DNA of 64,000 bases, taken from Octopus sinensis. Lineage: Eukaryota. The DNA lies in assembly GCF_006345805.1 (NCBI RefSeq), contig NC_043017.1:6696001-6760000 (forward strand), in the 5' to 3' direction. The translations under genes were made by a program, and so were the position numbers. Of this stretch, positions 26,715-39,479 are shown piece after piece. Below the pieces are notes generated by a model. That model was not told the origin of the DNA, made no database searches, and was given only the letters and a program-made list of their open reading frames with translations. The stretch's first letter is position 1. The number at the start of each line of letters is the position of its first letter.

Positions 26715-27050
26715 TGAGTTTAGCGAAGACGCATGGCTTAGTGGTTAGGTACATTCCATTCATGCTCGTGAGTTCGATTCCCGCCGACGCATTGTGTCCT
26801 TGAGCAAGAAACTTTATTTTCACGTTGCTCCAGTTCCTTTCAGCAGGCAAAAATGAGTTGTACCTGTAATTCAAAGGGGCCAGCCTTGTCGTATTCTGTG
26901 TGTCACGCTGAATCTCTCTGAGAACTACATCAAAGGGTACACGTGTCTGTGGAGTACTCAGCCACTTGCACGTTAGTTTCATGAGCAGGTTGTTCCATTG
27001 ATAGGATCAACTGGAGCAGTCATCGTCGTAACCGACGGAGTGCTCTTTTT
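26715..27050 (+). mobile_element. tRNA-derived SINE, distinct family
   Basis: Head GCATGGCTTAGTGGTTAG (A box) ... GAGTTCGATTCCC (B box), followed by TGTGTCCTTGAGCAAG core-like sequence. Confidence 0.65.
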
Positions 27051-28242
27051 ATCGCATGTGTCCTAATTAGGCAAGACCATGATCGAAAAGGACATTAGCC
27101 ATGACCATCCTGTGTGATGATAGGATGTGAATTAAGGGATATGTTGACTGCTATGTCTATCAGGTTGTATAGTCACGAAGGTCGCTCACATGCCTTCTTT
27201 TAATCACAGTTACTGGGGGTGTTGAGGGGCTGTAACTTTTCCCTTACATCAATATCCACTTCACTCTTCAATGAAATAGAAAATAGCGGTTGTAGTAGCG
27301 GCGGTGGTTGTGGTGGTTGTGGTGATGGTGGTGGCGGTGGTGATGGTAGAAATATCATTTGTGAGTGACGGTGGTGGTAGTGAGGACGGTGAGGGTGGCA
27401 GTAATGTCAGTGGTAGTGGTGGTGGCCGTGATGATGGTGGTGGCGGCAGCGGCAATGATTGTTGTTGTTGTTGTTGTGGTGGTGGTGGTGGCGGTGGTGA
27501 TGGTAGTGGCGGCAGCGACAATGATTGTTGTGGTGGTGGTGGTGGTGGTGGTGATGCTAGTGATGGTGGTGGAGAGAATGCTAGTAGCGGTGGCGGTGAC
27601 GGTGATGGTATTAAGATTGATTATTTATTTGTTGTTAATCATTACCACTGTCATCATTATCGTCATCGTCATCATCGTCATCATCCCCACCACCATCACC
27701 ACCTACAGCATCATCGTTCGTTGTTAATATCATTAATGTTAGTATTGATTGTTATTGATCTGATCTGATCAATAATAGTGTTTGAAAAAAAATAATCGAT
27801 TAATGGTGTTTGGAAGTGTCTGGAAATTGTTTCTAAAGACCTGACGGGGTGGAGAGAGGGGCGGGGATGGGGAGGGAGAGGAAGAGAGAGAGAGAGATAA
27901 GGGGAAAGGAGAGAGAGAGAGAAGAGAAGGAGAGAGACAGGTGAGAAAGAAGGAAAGAAAGAAAGAAAACAGTTTTATTTTTCTGAAAGAACATTTGAAA
28001 GACGTTATTGTCGGCGACAACGACAGCAACAACAACAGCGGCAACATAATGTAAGGCAATAATGTTCAAACCGTGAAGGTCATAGCGGTCTGTCTGTGTG
28101 TCTGTCCCTGAGTCAGACTGAACTTCCTTTTACTGTAAGATCATGACACAGACTATATATACTGCAACAACCCACTCATCGTTATACCTTGACGATATAT
28201 CCAAGGCGCAGATCCATAGTCTTTCTAGACTAATGGGTGCCA

Positions 28243-28286
<44 letters not shown>

Positions 28287-28742
28287 ATATGATATACCAA
28301 GGATCTTTTAAAAACAAAACATAACAACCGGGAAATGTAACAAAAACGCAGAAAATTTCCCTTAACCAAGCACACGGAAAATTCGTAGCTAATTCTTCAT
28401 CTGTCAACGTCCAAGAGATCATAATAGTTTCGCGCCGTTATCGTTGAGGCTACTGCTTCATTGGTGGCGCCAGTGCAAAACGAAAAGCCACTGGGAATAG
28501 CTAACGAACGTATAGGACAACGACGAAAACAAACAGCCAACAGATGAGATCCAGAGATTCTCAGTATAAGAAAACACTTAGTAGTGCTCAAATGACTCGA
28601 ACTTTACGAGGGTCCAATTCCGCGAGGTAAATAGTGGCATATATACATATATATTTGTTTTCTATATCACACCCAAGCTGTTATATTTAATTGTTTATCC
28701 GCATAGTCGCCCCCCCCCCCCACACACTTCGATTTTGTAGGC

Positions 28743-28785
<43 letters not shown>

Positions 28786-28802
28786 CACACATATATACAT
28801 AT

Positions 28803-29887
28803 TGTTGTGAGTTCAACTTAGGAACAGTTGATTGTGACCTACTTTGCTGGCTTGGAGACAGAAAGTCTGGAATGCAAAGTTATAGTCCTTTGTTTTGGGA
28901 AGAGTAATGGCTTTTGGAAGGACCCCTACCCTTTTGCCGGTCAAGGAAAGTTCGTTCTAAACACCCCTTAAAAGGAAAGGCTGAGAAAGACAGATTAAGG
29001 GATCTGGGAGCTGTCATGAGAGAGTGACAGTGACAGCGTAGAGGAGGACAGACAGACATGGTATTGCAGAGCTGAGAGAGAGAGTGACAGTGACAGCGTC
29101 GATGAGGACGGGCACATAGGACTAAGCGGCGATAGAGAGAGTATTAGAGCAGAGAAAGATTGAGGGTAGTGACAGAGCAAGAGGTTTTGGCAGTCGGTAT
29201 TTGGAAGTCAAGGCGAGCGGTTGGATTTAGCGGCCAGGATTTGGTATTCAGGGCAAGCAGGTTAGCAAGTTGGATTTAGCAGTGCTGAGAGAGATGAGGT
29301 ACAATATGAGACACTGGCTATTATAGTAGGAACTAAGGTACGTGAATTGTGTATTGATATGTGAAGAAAAAGAAGGAAAAAGACTCGATGTAAAGAGACT
29401 GTAAAAGAAATGAGACAGTGAAAAGAACAATGTGAACTGTGTAAAGACATTGTGTACAGAGTTGTGTTAAAGCAAAAGAGAACTGTGTAATGAACATTGA
29501 ACTGTTAGGCCTTTAATGTCCTTTGAACTGTAACTTTAATGTGATTTGAAACAGAACTGTTGTCTCCGGACGTGTACTCTTGAAATGCTGTTGTTATTGC
29601 ATTTGATGTGTTGTTACCTGCATGTTTAAATGCTTTGATCTGTGGTATACCTGTATGATGTATTGAGTTGTTGTTTAATTCGACGTGTCCTCTTTAAATG
29701 TATCTGATATGTATTTGATGTTGTAACAATTAATAGTCATATAAACTAGTACGTTAAATGTGAGCCAGTTGCCTTCATTGTGTCTCTCTCTCCTCTCCGA
29801 GTTTCCGTGGCGAACATTCTCTGATCGGTCGGGCCTGTGTGAGGGATTCCGTAACAGCTTTCGTTCGACGGAGGTCCCCTCGTAACA
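28803..29887. mobile_element. Solo LTR (Gypsy-like)
   Basis: Begins TGTTGTGAG and ends CGTAACA; flanked by ATAT/ATAT inside a TA run; ~1.08 kb with internal short direct repeats and no coding remnant. Confidence 0.6.
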
Positions 29888-29904
29888 ATATATATATATA
29901 TATA

Positions 29905-30240
29905 TATAGTGAGAATTTACAAAACAATAAAAGACGAAGACGGGTGTGTAGTTAGTTAGTTAGTTAGTTAGTTAATTTGGCTCAAAGCAAATAGCAAGGC
30001 CATGTAGGGGGACATGGAGTTAAGTACAGGGTGGTGTTCATGTAAAGAGATCAGGCCACTTGAGGTCAAAGGAGGCTTTGAACAAAGCGGTCGTGTAAAC
30101 AACAAACATGTATTAGTTTAACGCTCAGGAAGTGAGAAAGTCTTTTACGTTTTGAGCCTACGTTCTTCAACAGAAAGGAACACAGAAACAAGGTGAGAGA
30201 GAAAATAAAAAAAGTTTTAGTGGCTAGCGATCAATCATGG
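29905..30240 (-). mobile_element. Penelope-like 3' end fragment
   Basis: Reverse complement matches 41270-41410 (GTTGAAGA.CGTAGGCTC.AAA.GTAAAAGACTTTCTCACTTCC). Confidence 0.6.
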
Positions 30241-30248
30241 CGATATAC

Positions 30249-30274
30249 ATAAGGGGACGAACACAGACAGAAAG

Positions 30275-30313
<39 letters not shown>

Positions 30314-30482
30314 AACATACGACAGGCTTCTTTCAGTTTCCATCAACCAAATGTACTGACAAGACTTTGGTCGGCCCAAGGCTATTGTGGAAGACACTTA
30401 CCCAAGGTTCCACGCAGCGGACTGAACACGGAACAATGTGGTTGGGAAACAAGCTTCTTACCACACAGCCACGCCTGCGCCG

Positions 30483-30513
<31 letters not shown>

Positions 30514-30813
30514 AGCATCCATTTTCTATGTAGGCATTGAACTGCAGTCATGCTGGAGCACCTCTTCAAGTGTTTAGTCGAACAAATCAACCCCAGTATT
30601 GATTTTTAAGTTTCATACAATCTGTTTCTTTTGCCGAACAGCTATGTTATAGGGACGCAAACAAACCGACGCCGGTTGTCAGTCGATGGTGATGGAGAAA
30701 CACAAAAACACACATACAAGTAAACATATAAACGCACAAACATATAAATACACACGACGGGCTTCCACACAGTTTCCGTCTACGATATTCACTCACTAAG
30801 TATTAGTTGTAAA
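30249..30813. repeat. Local segmental duplication, copy 2
   Basis: Matches 25992-26529 and ends a few bases before the Tc1 left TIR. Confidence 0.85.
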
Positions 30814-31099
30814 GTATATACAGCGATGTTCATAAGTATTCATAACGTCGAGAATAAAATTGATTGTTTTGAAAATATTCTTCTTATCACTAATCGGTTT
30901 TGTAATATCTTTTGTATATTATTTTTACTTCAATTAATATACACAATTTGATTTCATTATTAACTTATTTTTACATGGATAACAATCACAATTAAGAAAA
31001 TTCAAAAAATTACTCATAACATTTTGTCTAATAACTATTTTTCTAGAAATTAATTTAAAACGAAAAGTAAACTATTGGAAATAAAAGTATCGTTTCAGA

Positions 31100-31690
31100 G
31101 AGTGGGGTCAATTGATTATATTGACCCCAGTGCTCAACTTTTCGACCCCGAAAGGATGAAAGGCAAAGTCGACCTCGGCGGAATTTGAACTCAGAACGTA
31201 GCAGCAGACGAAATACCTGTTTCTCTATTACCCACAAGGGGCTAAACACAGAGGGGACAAACAAGGACAGACAAACGGATTAAGTCGATTACGTCGATCC
31301 CAGTGCGTAACTGGTACTTATTTAATCAACCCCGAAAGGATGAAAGGCAAAGTCAACCTCGGCGGAATTTGAACTCAGAACGTAGCGGCAGACGAAATAC
31401 CTGTTTCTTTATTACCAACAAGGGGCTAAACACAGAGGGGACAAACAAGGACAGACAAACGGATTAAGTCGATTACATACCCCAGTGCGTAACTGGTACT
31501 TAAATCTATGTTTAGCCTCTTGTGCGAGGTAAAGAAATAGAAATAGGTATTTCGTCCGTCTTTACTTTCTGAGTTCAAATTCCGCCGGTGTTGACTTTGC
31601 CTTTCATCCTTTCGGGGTCGATAAATTAAGTACCAGTTGCAACTGGCCCCCTCCCCCAAATTTCAGGCCTTGTGCCTTTAGTAGAAAGGG
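31100..31690. mobile_element. Tandem SINE-A copies nested in the Tc1 element
   Basis: Two to three ~180-bp head-to-tail units on the - strand (31100-31500), followed by a + strand copy. Confidence 0.85.
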
Positions 31691-31876
31691 TTATTAATAA
31701 ATGTTAGTAAAACATTATTTAATGTTTCTGAACACGTGATTTATCGCGTGTCAATACTATCGACTTTTTTTCTTTGCGATTTCAATTACTACATAAAAAA
31801 TACCGAAGCGAAAACAAATTCGTGTTAAAGTAACAAAAAAGATTATAAAAGCTCACATATCTGGCGACAGATGCAG

Positions 31877-32185
31877 CAGGGCTGAGGAGTCGAAATAAAA
31901 AACTTCGACTCCGACTCCTGTACTATTGGCACCTCCGACTCCGACTCCGATTACGACTCCAACTCCACGACTCCGACTCCACGGCTCCGACTCCACGACT
32001 CCGACTCCACGACTCCGACTTCACGACTCCGACTTCACGACTCTGACTCCACGACTCTGACTCCACGACTGCGACTCCACGACTCCGATTCCAACTCCAC
32101 GACTCCGACTCCACGGCTCCAACTCCACGACTCCGACTTCACGACTCTGACTCCACGACTCCACGACTCCAACTCCACAGCCCTG
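31877..32185. mobile_element. hAT MITE with internal (GACTCC/CCACGACTCC)n minisatellite and 8-bp TSD
   Basis: TIRs CAGGGCTGAGGAGTCG / CAACTCCACAGCCCTG; perfect TSD AGATGCAG at 31869-31876 and 32186-32193. Confidence 0.92.
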
Positions 32186-33756
32186 AGATGCAGGGATATT
32201 TCAAAAACGATTTTCTGTCAAAGTGCCGACTATTCAATCAATTATTAAGAAATATCGAACCTGCGGTTGTGTGACAAATAAGAGAAAAGAGCGGAATAGA
32301 ACGAAAGTTGTCGGACGAACACGTGCAAAGTCTGGTGAGACAAATAGAGCGTGAACCGAAGACAACGGCAAAAGAGGTCAGCGAGCAGAAAGTGGCAGCT
32401 GGGCGTAAACGTTTCATCAGCTGCAATGAAGGATATTGTTGGCATTTGGGCTCCGTAGGTGCCGAAAGAGAAAACCACCACCCCACTCAGCCTCGCGACG
32501 TTAAGGCTCGGTTAAACTATGCAAAAAGCATGTTAAACAAATCTGCTTATTTTTGGTCGAAAGTTCTGTGGATTGATGAAACTAAAATTGAAGATTTTGG
32601 CTACAACAAGAATGTCACACTTTGGTGGAAATCTAGGCAAGCTTTTCGGCCCCAAAGCACCATTTCTACAATGAAGTATGGCGGTGGAAATTTAGTTGGG
32701 TGGGGGTGATGGACATCAGCAGCCGTCTCAGGACGATTAATGGTCATCAAAGACTGGGTGAAGAAAGAGCATTAGGTCAAACTATCAGACGAGAATCTTC
32801 GAAAGTCAGCGGAAGAGTCGCAGTTTGATAATGATTGGATCTTTCAAACAAGATTATGATCCGAGGCATACGTCGAAATTAGCGACTGCCTGGCTCGAAG
32901 TAAATGATGCCTACATTTTGCATTGACCATCTCCATCGCCAGATTTGAATCCGACTGAAAACCCTTGATGCCAACTTCAAAACTCAGATTCAGAAAAGAC
33001 GTCCCAAAAATCTGAACATTTTCGAGACGATTAAGGAGGAGGAACGGGCAAAAAACTGATGAAAAAAGTTTACGTTACATTAGTTTCTAGTTATACAAAA
33101 CGATTAAATATGGTCATTGATAATAAAGGCGTCGCAATTATTAGTTACTCTTTTACTTGTTTCAGTCATTTGACTGCGGCCATGCTGGAGCACTGCCTTT
33201 AGTCGAGCAAATCGACCCCGGGACTTATTCTTTGTAAGCCCAGTACTTATTCTATCGGTCTCTTTTGCCGAACCGCTAAGTGACGGGGACGTAAACACAC
33301 CAGCATCGGTTGTCAAGCAATGCTAGAGAGACAAACACAGACACACAAACATATACATACACATATATATACATATATAGGACAGGCTTCTTTCAGTTTC
33401 CGTCTACCAAATCCACTCACAAGGCATTGGTCGGCCCGGGGCTATAGCAGAAGACACTTGCCCAAGATGCCACGCAGTGGGACTGAACCCACTTACCACA
33501 CAAACAAAATGTTATGAATAATTTTGCACGTGTGTTGTTCTATAGTTTCTTGAATTTTGTTATTTTTGATTGTTATCCATGTAAAAATGAATTAATAACT
33601 AAATCAAAATATGTATGTTATTAAAATATAAATAATATGCAAAAGATATGATAAACCGATTAGTGATAAGAATATTTTCAAAAATCAATTTTATTCCAAA
33701 CGTTGTGAATATTTATGAACACCAATTGTGTGTGACAGGAAGGAGAGTGTTTTGTG

Positions 33757-33806
<50 letters not shown>

Positions 33807-34239
33807 AAAGATGTGGCTGAGTGGTAAGAAGTTTCCTTTCAAACCACATTGTTCCGGGTTCAATCCACTGCGGGTTACCTTGGCAAGTGTCTTTTAGTAT
33901 AGCCCCGGACCGCCAACCGAAGCATTGTGTGTGGATTTTGTGGACAGAAACTAAAATAGCTCGCCCTATATGTACGTGTGTGTGCGAGTGTGTGTGTGTA
34001 TGTGTGTTGAGTGTGTGTGCATGTGTCTTTGAATTTGTGTTCGTTCCCCACCATCACTGGACAACCGGTGTTGATGTGTTTACGTCTCCGTAGCTTAAAT
34101 GTTCAGCAAAAGTGAACGATGGAATAAGTGCCAGACTTAAAAATGATAAGTACTGGGATCGATTTGGTCAACTAAACAGTGTTCCAGCTTGGCCGCAGTC
34201 TAATGTCTGTAACAAGAATGTATATACATACATTATTTA

Positions 34240-34440
34240 CACGACTCATAACATTAGTCTCATACCATCTAATTCATACTACCGAACGGTTTCATGCTGG
34301 AAAACAAATCATCGGACACGGCACATTCACGCGTGTCCGATGATTGACAAGTTATCATCCTTTATTTGGAAGGTTCTTCAACATGAAACTGTTCAGTAGC
34401 ATTAACTGGATGTTATAGGACTAAATTTGTAACATTATAA
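34240..34440. repeat. Long imperfect inverted repeat (foldback MITE-like) with a perfect 14-bp central stem
   Basis: AATCATCGGACACG (34307-34320) pairs with 34332-34345. Outer arms ~34245-34305 and ~34372-34430 are reverse-complementary, mostly with transition mismatches. Confidence 0.75.
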
Positions 34441-34560
34441 AAATAACATACCCACTCCGGTTTGTTTTCGGTTTATGAAAAGCCTTTGGCAAACAAAATA
34501 TATAATACATATGCATAATGCTTCTCTCGAGATACAACTAAATATTCATAGAGTTTAAAG

Positions 34561-34945
34561 TTTACTAGCAGTATCGCCCGGCGTTGCTCAGGTTTGTAAG
34601 GGAAATAACTATAAAGCATTTTTAGAGAGTTATAGCCAAAAAATAGCAAAAAGATGGAAAAAATGATGGTAAATTTTTTTTTAGTTAAAAAAGATGGAGT
34701 TGCGTCCCCTAGACATTTTGCGGTTTGTGTTTCTGATTCTCGACCCCATGTCGAATTTATCGATTTTTTTCAGAACTGGGGGAACTTTTCAAAATTTTCG
34801 CTGTGTTAGTTTTAAATTATGACATTGGGCTATGTGTGTGTCAAGTTTCATCAGAATCGGTTGAAAGCCGTGGTCAGGGTGAGGGTACAAGAAAACAGAC
34901 ACACAGAAACACGCACAGACAAACTGCCGTTTATATAGAGAGAGA
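34561..34945. mobile_element. Non-autonomous Helitron/Helentron-like (DINE-1/HINE-type) element
   Basis: Start ACTAGCAGTATCGCCCGGCGTTGCTC; internal AAGTTTCATCAGAATCGGTT...ACAGACAAAC; end TTTATATAGAGAGAGAT. Confidence 0.65.
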
Positions 34946-35206
34946 TACATAAATAGACATGTACGTAAATATATGTATGTGTGTGTAGATATGGGTGTGT
35001 ATAAATGTATATATATATATGTGTGTGTATACCCACACACATACATAGATATAAATGTTTACATTTATATATATACACGTACACACATTCATTTGTGTGT
35101 ATGTGTATAAATATGCAAGCCTGTATTTGTGTAAATGTGTACGTATGTATATATATTGATTTAAATTCTTTATGTATATATGTGTGTGTCTGTATCTGTG
35201 TGTATG

Positions 35207-35237
<31 letters not shown>

Positions 35238-36561
35238 TGATTTGAATTATATAAATATCTAAAATCTATAAACTGAAGTTTTCTCTGTGTGTGTGTGTAC
35301 AAAAATTTAATACACGCAATAGCTTCTACATCTTTCTTCCGATTTCTTTAATAGTTTATACACACCTGATTCATATCCCAAACCAAACATAGGCAACTTA
35401 GATTTCTTTTAAAATCGATATTTGGCCTCTAGAGCGATGGGAAACTAATAATAGATGATTCCTATTCATTTGCATTAATCAGCTGTTTTGTAATCGGTAG
35501 GGTCTGCCATACCTTTTTAATCCTTTTATAAAAGTGAAAGGATTTTGTCTATATATCTATTTCGACTGTCCACCAGCGACGGTGATTAAATTGACTAGGA
35601 ACACTAAACGCATACATTTCCACAATTCTCAACCGATTTTCACCAAACTTTTCACATACATTACTTATGTCCCAATGATCCTCATGTACTAAACATTTTG
35701 CCCAAACCTCCCGCATAAATGGACCTAAATGAACATAGTTTTTTTTTGTATGTGGGGTTTTCCATACTTTTTAAAAATCTTTTTTATAAAAGTGAAAGGA
35801 TTGTGTTTATTTATTTTCACTGTCTACCTGTCACGGTGATTAAATTGACTTGGAACACAGTACGCGATGAATATCTAATACCAAACAATCTTAATCTCCA
35901 TATTTAAATTGCATTAAACGTTAGCAAGCTTACCTCTACCTATCCTGAGTTATTTCAAAGGTGATGTTTCCTTCCCTCTCTTCTATTTGTTGATACCTTT
36001 GTTTACCTACCAAATGCGTTGTTCACTTTAAGGATGTCGTTAGCCAGATGGAGGAGATGTCTTCCTGGGGCTATAAACGGCAGTAGCACTGTCCCGAATA
36101 GGAGGCCACCCTTGGTTGGCAATTATATGTTACAATGTATAATGCTATTTGAAGAGAATAGAAAATGGAACATGATGTGAAAAGAAAAATAACGAGAGCG
36201 TGTTTCTTCAGTAGGTACGTACGCATGTGAGGGCATGAAGAAATTAATCATGTCTGAGTATTTTGCTTTAGTTATTTCAAGAGCGATTATTATTCCAGGG
36301 TTCCAATGCTGCAGAAAGCATTTAATTGCTTATGAGTGATATTCCATCTAAGAATTGCTATTTAATTATGTGTGTATATTATTATAATCCAAAAGTATAT
36401 CTGCATTGCTAGATTTCTGTTGAATTGTCTTTGTAATGTTATAAATTATAAGTATGTCGATGAAACCGGTTTTGAAACGGTATTCCATCATACTTAAGAA
36501 ACCAATGCCGTTTGTGTGAATGTTAGATGTTACACTGGCTCCATATAACGGACTTCTCCAA

Positions 36562-36641
<80 letters not shown>

Positions 36642-38099
36642 ATATATAATATATAATATATATATATATTTATATATATATATATATATACATAATACTG
36701 AATTATTAAGCTTACTTTAATGGTTAAAAGTGTTGTTAATAAAGTATAATATCACACTTCTGAAGCTGACAAACGTTGAAGTTACTACATGCTATATTTT
36801 TTAGGGTTTAACTTGGAATAGCTTGTAAGTCTTTTCAGAACTTATCTGTCTAATGTCCGTTTATATTTTTGAAAATGAACAAACCGTCATCTCTATAAAT
36901 TCCTCCGTTAACACGGTGAAAGATTTATTAATAATGTATGGACAATACATACGATACATAGATATCTATTTTTTTTAAATTCTGCCTCAGTTGTGCATAT
37001 TGGATTTTTAATCAACCAGATGACTATTTGCGACATCAGTGGATGTTTTATTCAGTTTTTCCTGGCGATGAATTCTCGTCGAAGCAAATGGCTAGCTGCG
37101 AGTTCGCACCATCGAAAAGGCCTGAAAAAGATGAAATGCATCTGGTGCCCTCGTTGGTTACTATTGGGACGAATCCCACCCCCCAAGTTTCTCTCTTTCT
37201 CTCTATTTGAAATTTGCAAGTTCGTAAGATATGATTTCTCAGGATAAATACTGCAGTATCTGGCCAATCGACTATATGTATACATTAGATATGATACATA
37301 GATGGCTGTTTTAATTAAATACCACTTCTAATTGTGTATACCGGATCTCACAACAAAGTTTGAATTATATATTCATATGAGGTTTGAAATTTCCCTATGA
37401 TTGCATCAAAGACATCTGCATTACACTTTTTTACATTCACATGCTGTCATTAAAAAAAAAGAGAGAGAATCGACTTTTGGCATGCATTATTAAATTATAT
37501 CTCATTATCATTATGGACGTATATAGTTTTGAAAAATCTAGGGGTCTTCGTAATAAATGTATTGTTGAAACGATAGTAATCAACTATAGCAATTTGAGTT
37601 AATGTGTGATCTTGTGTATCGTGAATATGTATTTTAAAAAAAATTGTACCCAAAGTACAGCTCTTCCGAATTATCAATTATAGATTTTTCACGGTATTAT
37701 TATTGATTTTATCGAATGTTTCTGAAGATTTTTTCCTGTCCAATTTTTATTAAATTGATGACGCTAGTTACAGAATTAAATATAAAAATTGGTTTGTGAT
37801 CGTTGATAGTTACGTAAGGTTTTTCAGAGTGCAAGAATCTTTCCTTTAAAATCTAAGTTAATAGTCAAGGCTAAATTTCTGACTATCTTCAAGAGAGAAA
37901 TTAGAGTATTACTGGTGTTGTTTGTTGTTGTTACTGATGTTACAAGGTTATTGTAAGTATTGCTTTATATTACTTTTATTTGTACTATGGGATGTGTGCG
38001 CGTGCGTATGCGTGTTGTAGACGTTATCAATGAACAAGTGACAAAGTACTCATTATTTAGTGTCGAGTATAATTACACTTATTTCATTACCTAAATATG

Positions 38100-38870
38100 G
38101 TTGCACAAACACTCACATATATATGTATGTGGTGTGTTACTTATACATCCGAAAACTAGTGCACCGATCCTAATGAAATTTGGGACACAAAATCCAAGCC
38201 TAGGGAGAAGGGTAATGCTGTGTATTTCATACAACTCATGGACCAAAATTACTGAATGGATCCTTGTGATATTTGGAACTTAGATTCAATGCATAAGGGC
38301 GGGTATAACGCAGTATGTTTGGTTTGAATTTGAGATGGCTTAAAAGGGGCAGAACCCCCATGAAAATTCATAACTTTTCGATGTTGATGAAATTTCAACC
38401 ATGGGTAATTGACACACATCAAGAAGTATTCTCAAAGTTTCCACTTCTCATGAGGATTCTAAGACTCCCTAACGGGGGTGGGGGTCTTAACTCCCAAATT
38501 TTAGTAATTTTTTTATGATCCAAAACTAGGTTAAAAGTACTGAATGGATCTTTGTGAAATTTGGAAATTATATTCCATGCATAAGGATCATAACCCCCCA
38601 TTAAAATTCATATATTTTTGCTGTTGTTGAATGTTGAAATGGCACTGAAACTCACACTGAACTACTGTTATTCTTCACATAATTGTCGTAGGCAAAACAC
38701 GCGATGCTCTATCGTCCACAGCACCATGGCTTCATCTGAAGAGGAACAAGAAATGCTAAGACACTACAGACCGAATGGTGCCTGTCAGATATATGCCCCC
38801 CCACCTCGGGCTCAGTAATAGCCATTTCAAAAACGTCCGTCTTCTCTGCCCTACCGTGTATTAATCTCAG
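38100..38870. mobile_element. Probable Helentron-like non-autonomous element with internal repeated blocks
   Basis: Repeated CCGAT..TAATGAAATTT / TGAATGGATC..TGTGA.ATTTGGAA..TA.ATTC.ATGCATAAGG blocks, similar in style to 35600-35900. Confidence 0.4.
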
Positions 38871-38954
38871 TATACATTGTAATCTTCATGTGTGTGTGTG
38901 CGTGTATGCGCATGCACGCACGCACGCACACAAACACACACACACATACACACA

Positions 38955-38987
<33 letters not shown>

Positions 38988-39350
38988 TCCAGATGGGTGA
39001 TGGCAAGTTAAGTGCAAAAGAGTGACAGATCTGTTTATGACGGTCAATGAGACGAAAGCAAGAGAATGTTCATTGATTATCGGTAAAACTAGCCCCACCC
39101 ATTCTTTAATACTCCTCAAGAACTACATTCTCATCGTCACATACTTACAAATCAATTATACAAACGCACCGGTCAACAACACATGTGACGCACAGTTCAA
39201 TATTAGCAAATTGTTCACCAATTTTATTTATGTTTATTTTAATAGATACAGACACATGCATATATGTTTACATACATGCATATATAATTATATCTATCTA
39301 TCTACGTGTGTATCCTGTTTCATGTATTCATATTTTTAAAGTTCTTTATA

Positions 39351-39479
39351 ACCTCTGACGAGGCCTATGGTTATATATAAGTACCCTATTTGTAAATGCC
39401 TACAACCTCAATATAATTGACAACTATAAGCACTGGAAGAAAAACTACTTTTATCCATAGGCTGAAACAGCTGTAAGAG
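39351..39479 (+). ncRNA. Type I hammerhead ribozyme-like motif with enlarged helix II loop (Penelope-type)
   Basis: CTGACGA (39355), 9-bp helix II GGCCTATGG/CCATAGGCT around an ~84-nt loop, GAAA, palindromic helix III ACAGCTGT, and a GUA triplet. Helix I pairing is weak (2 bp). Confidence 0.5.

Larger units (their letters stand above)
30821..33728 (+). mobile_element. Decayed Tc1-like (DD34E) transposon with ~200-bp TIRs and nested insertions
   Basis: The left TIR (CAGCGATGTTCATAAGTATTCATAACG...), preceded by TA, is the reverse complement of ~33500-33728. Transposase remnants at ~32200-33120 include VLWIDETKIE, KYGGGN, a frameshifted QDYDPRH and SPDLNPTEN. Confidence 0.9.

Noticed and set aside
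27769-28059. Minus-strand MLPLLLLLSLSPTITSFKC, resembling a signal peptide
   Set aside because: The hydrophobic run derives from a (GTT)n microsatellite and there is no convincing donor site.
38725-38818. Short ORF MASSEEEQEMLRHYRPNGACQIYAPPPRAQ with a good Kozak context
   Set aside because: Only 30 codons, located inside a probable non-autonomous element, and not recognisable.
38993-39025. MGDGKLSAKE, resembling an EF-hand loop
   Set aside because: It lacks the acidic residues at loop positions 1 and 3, stops immediately, and has no flanking helices.
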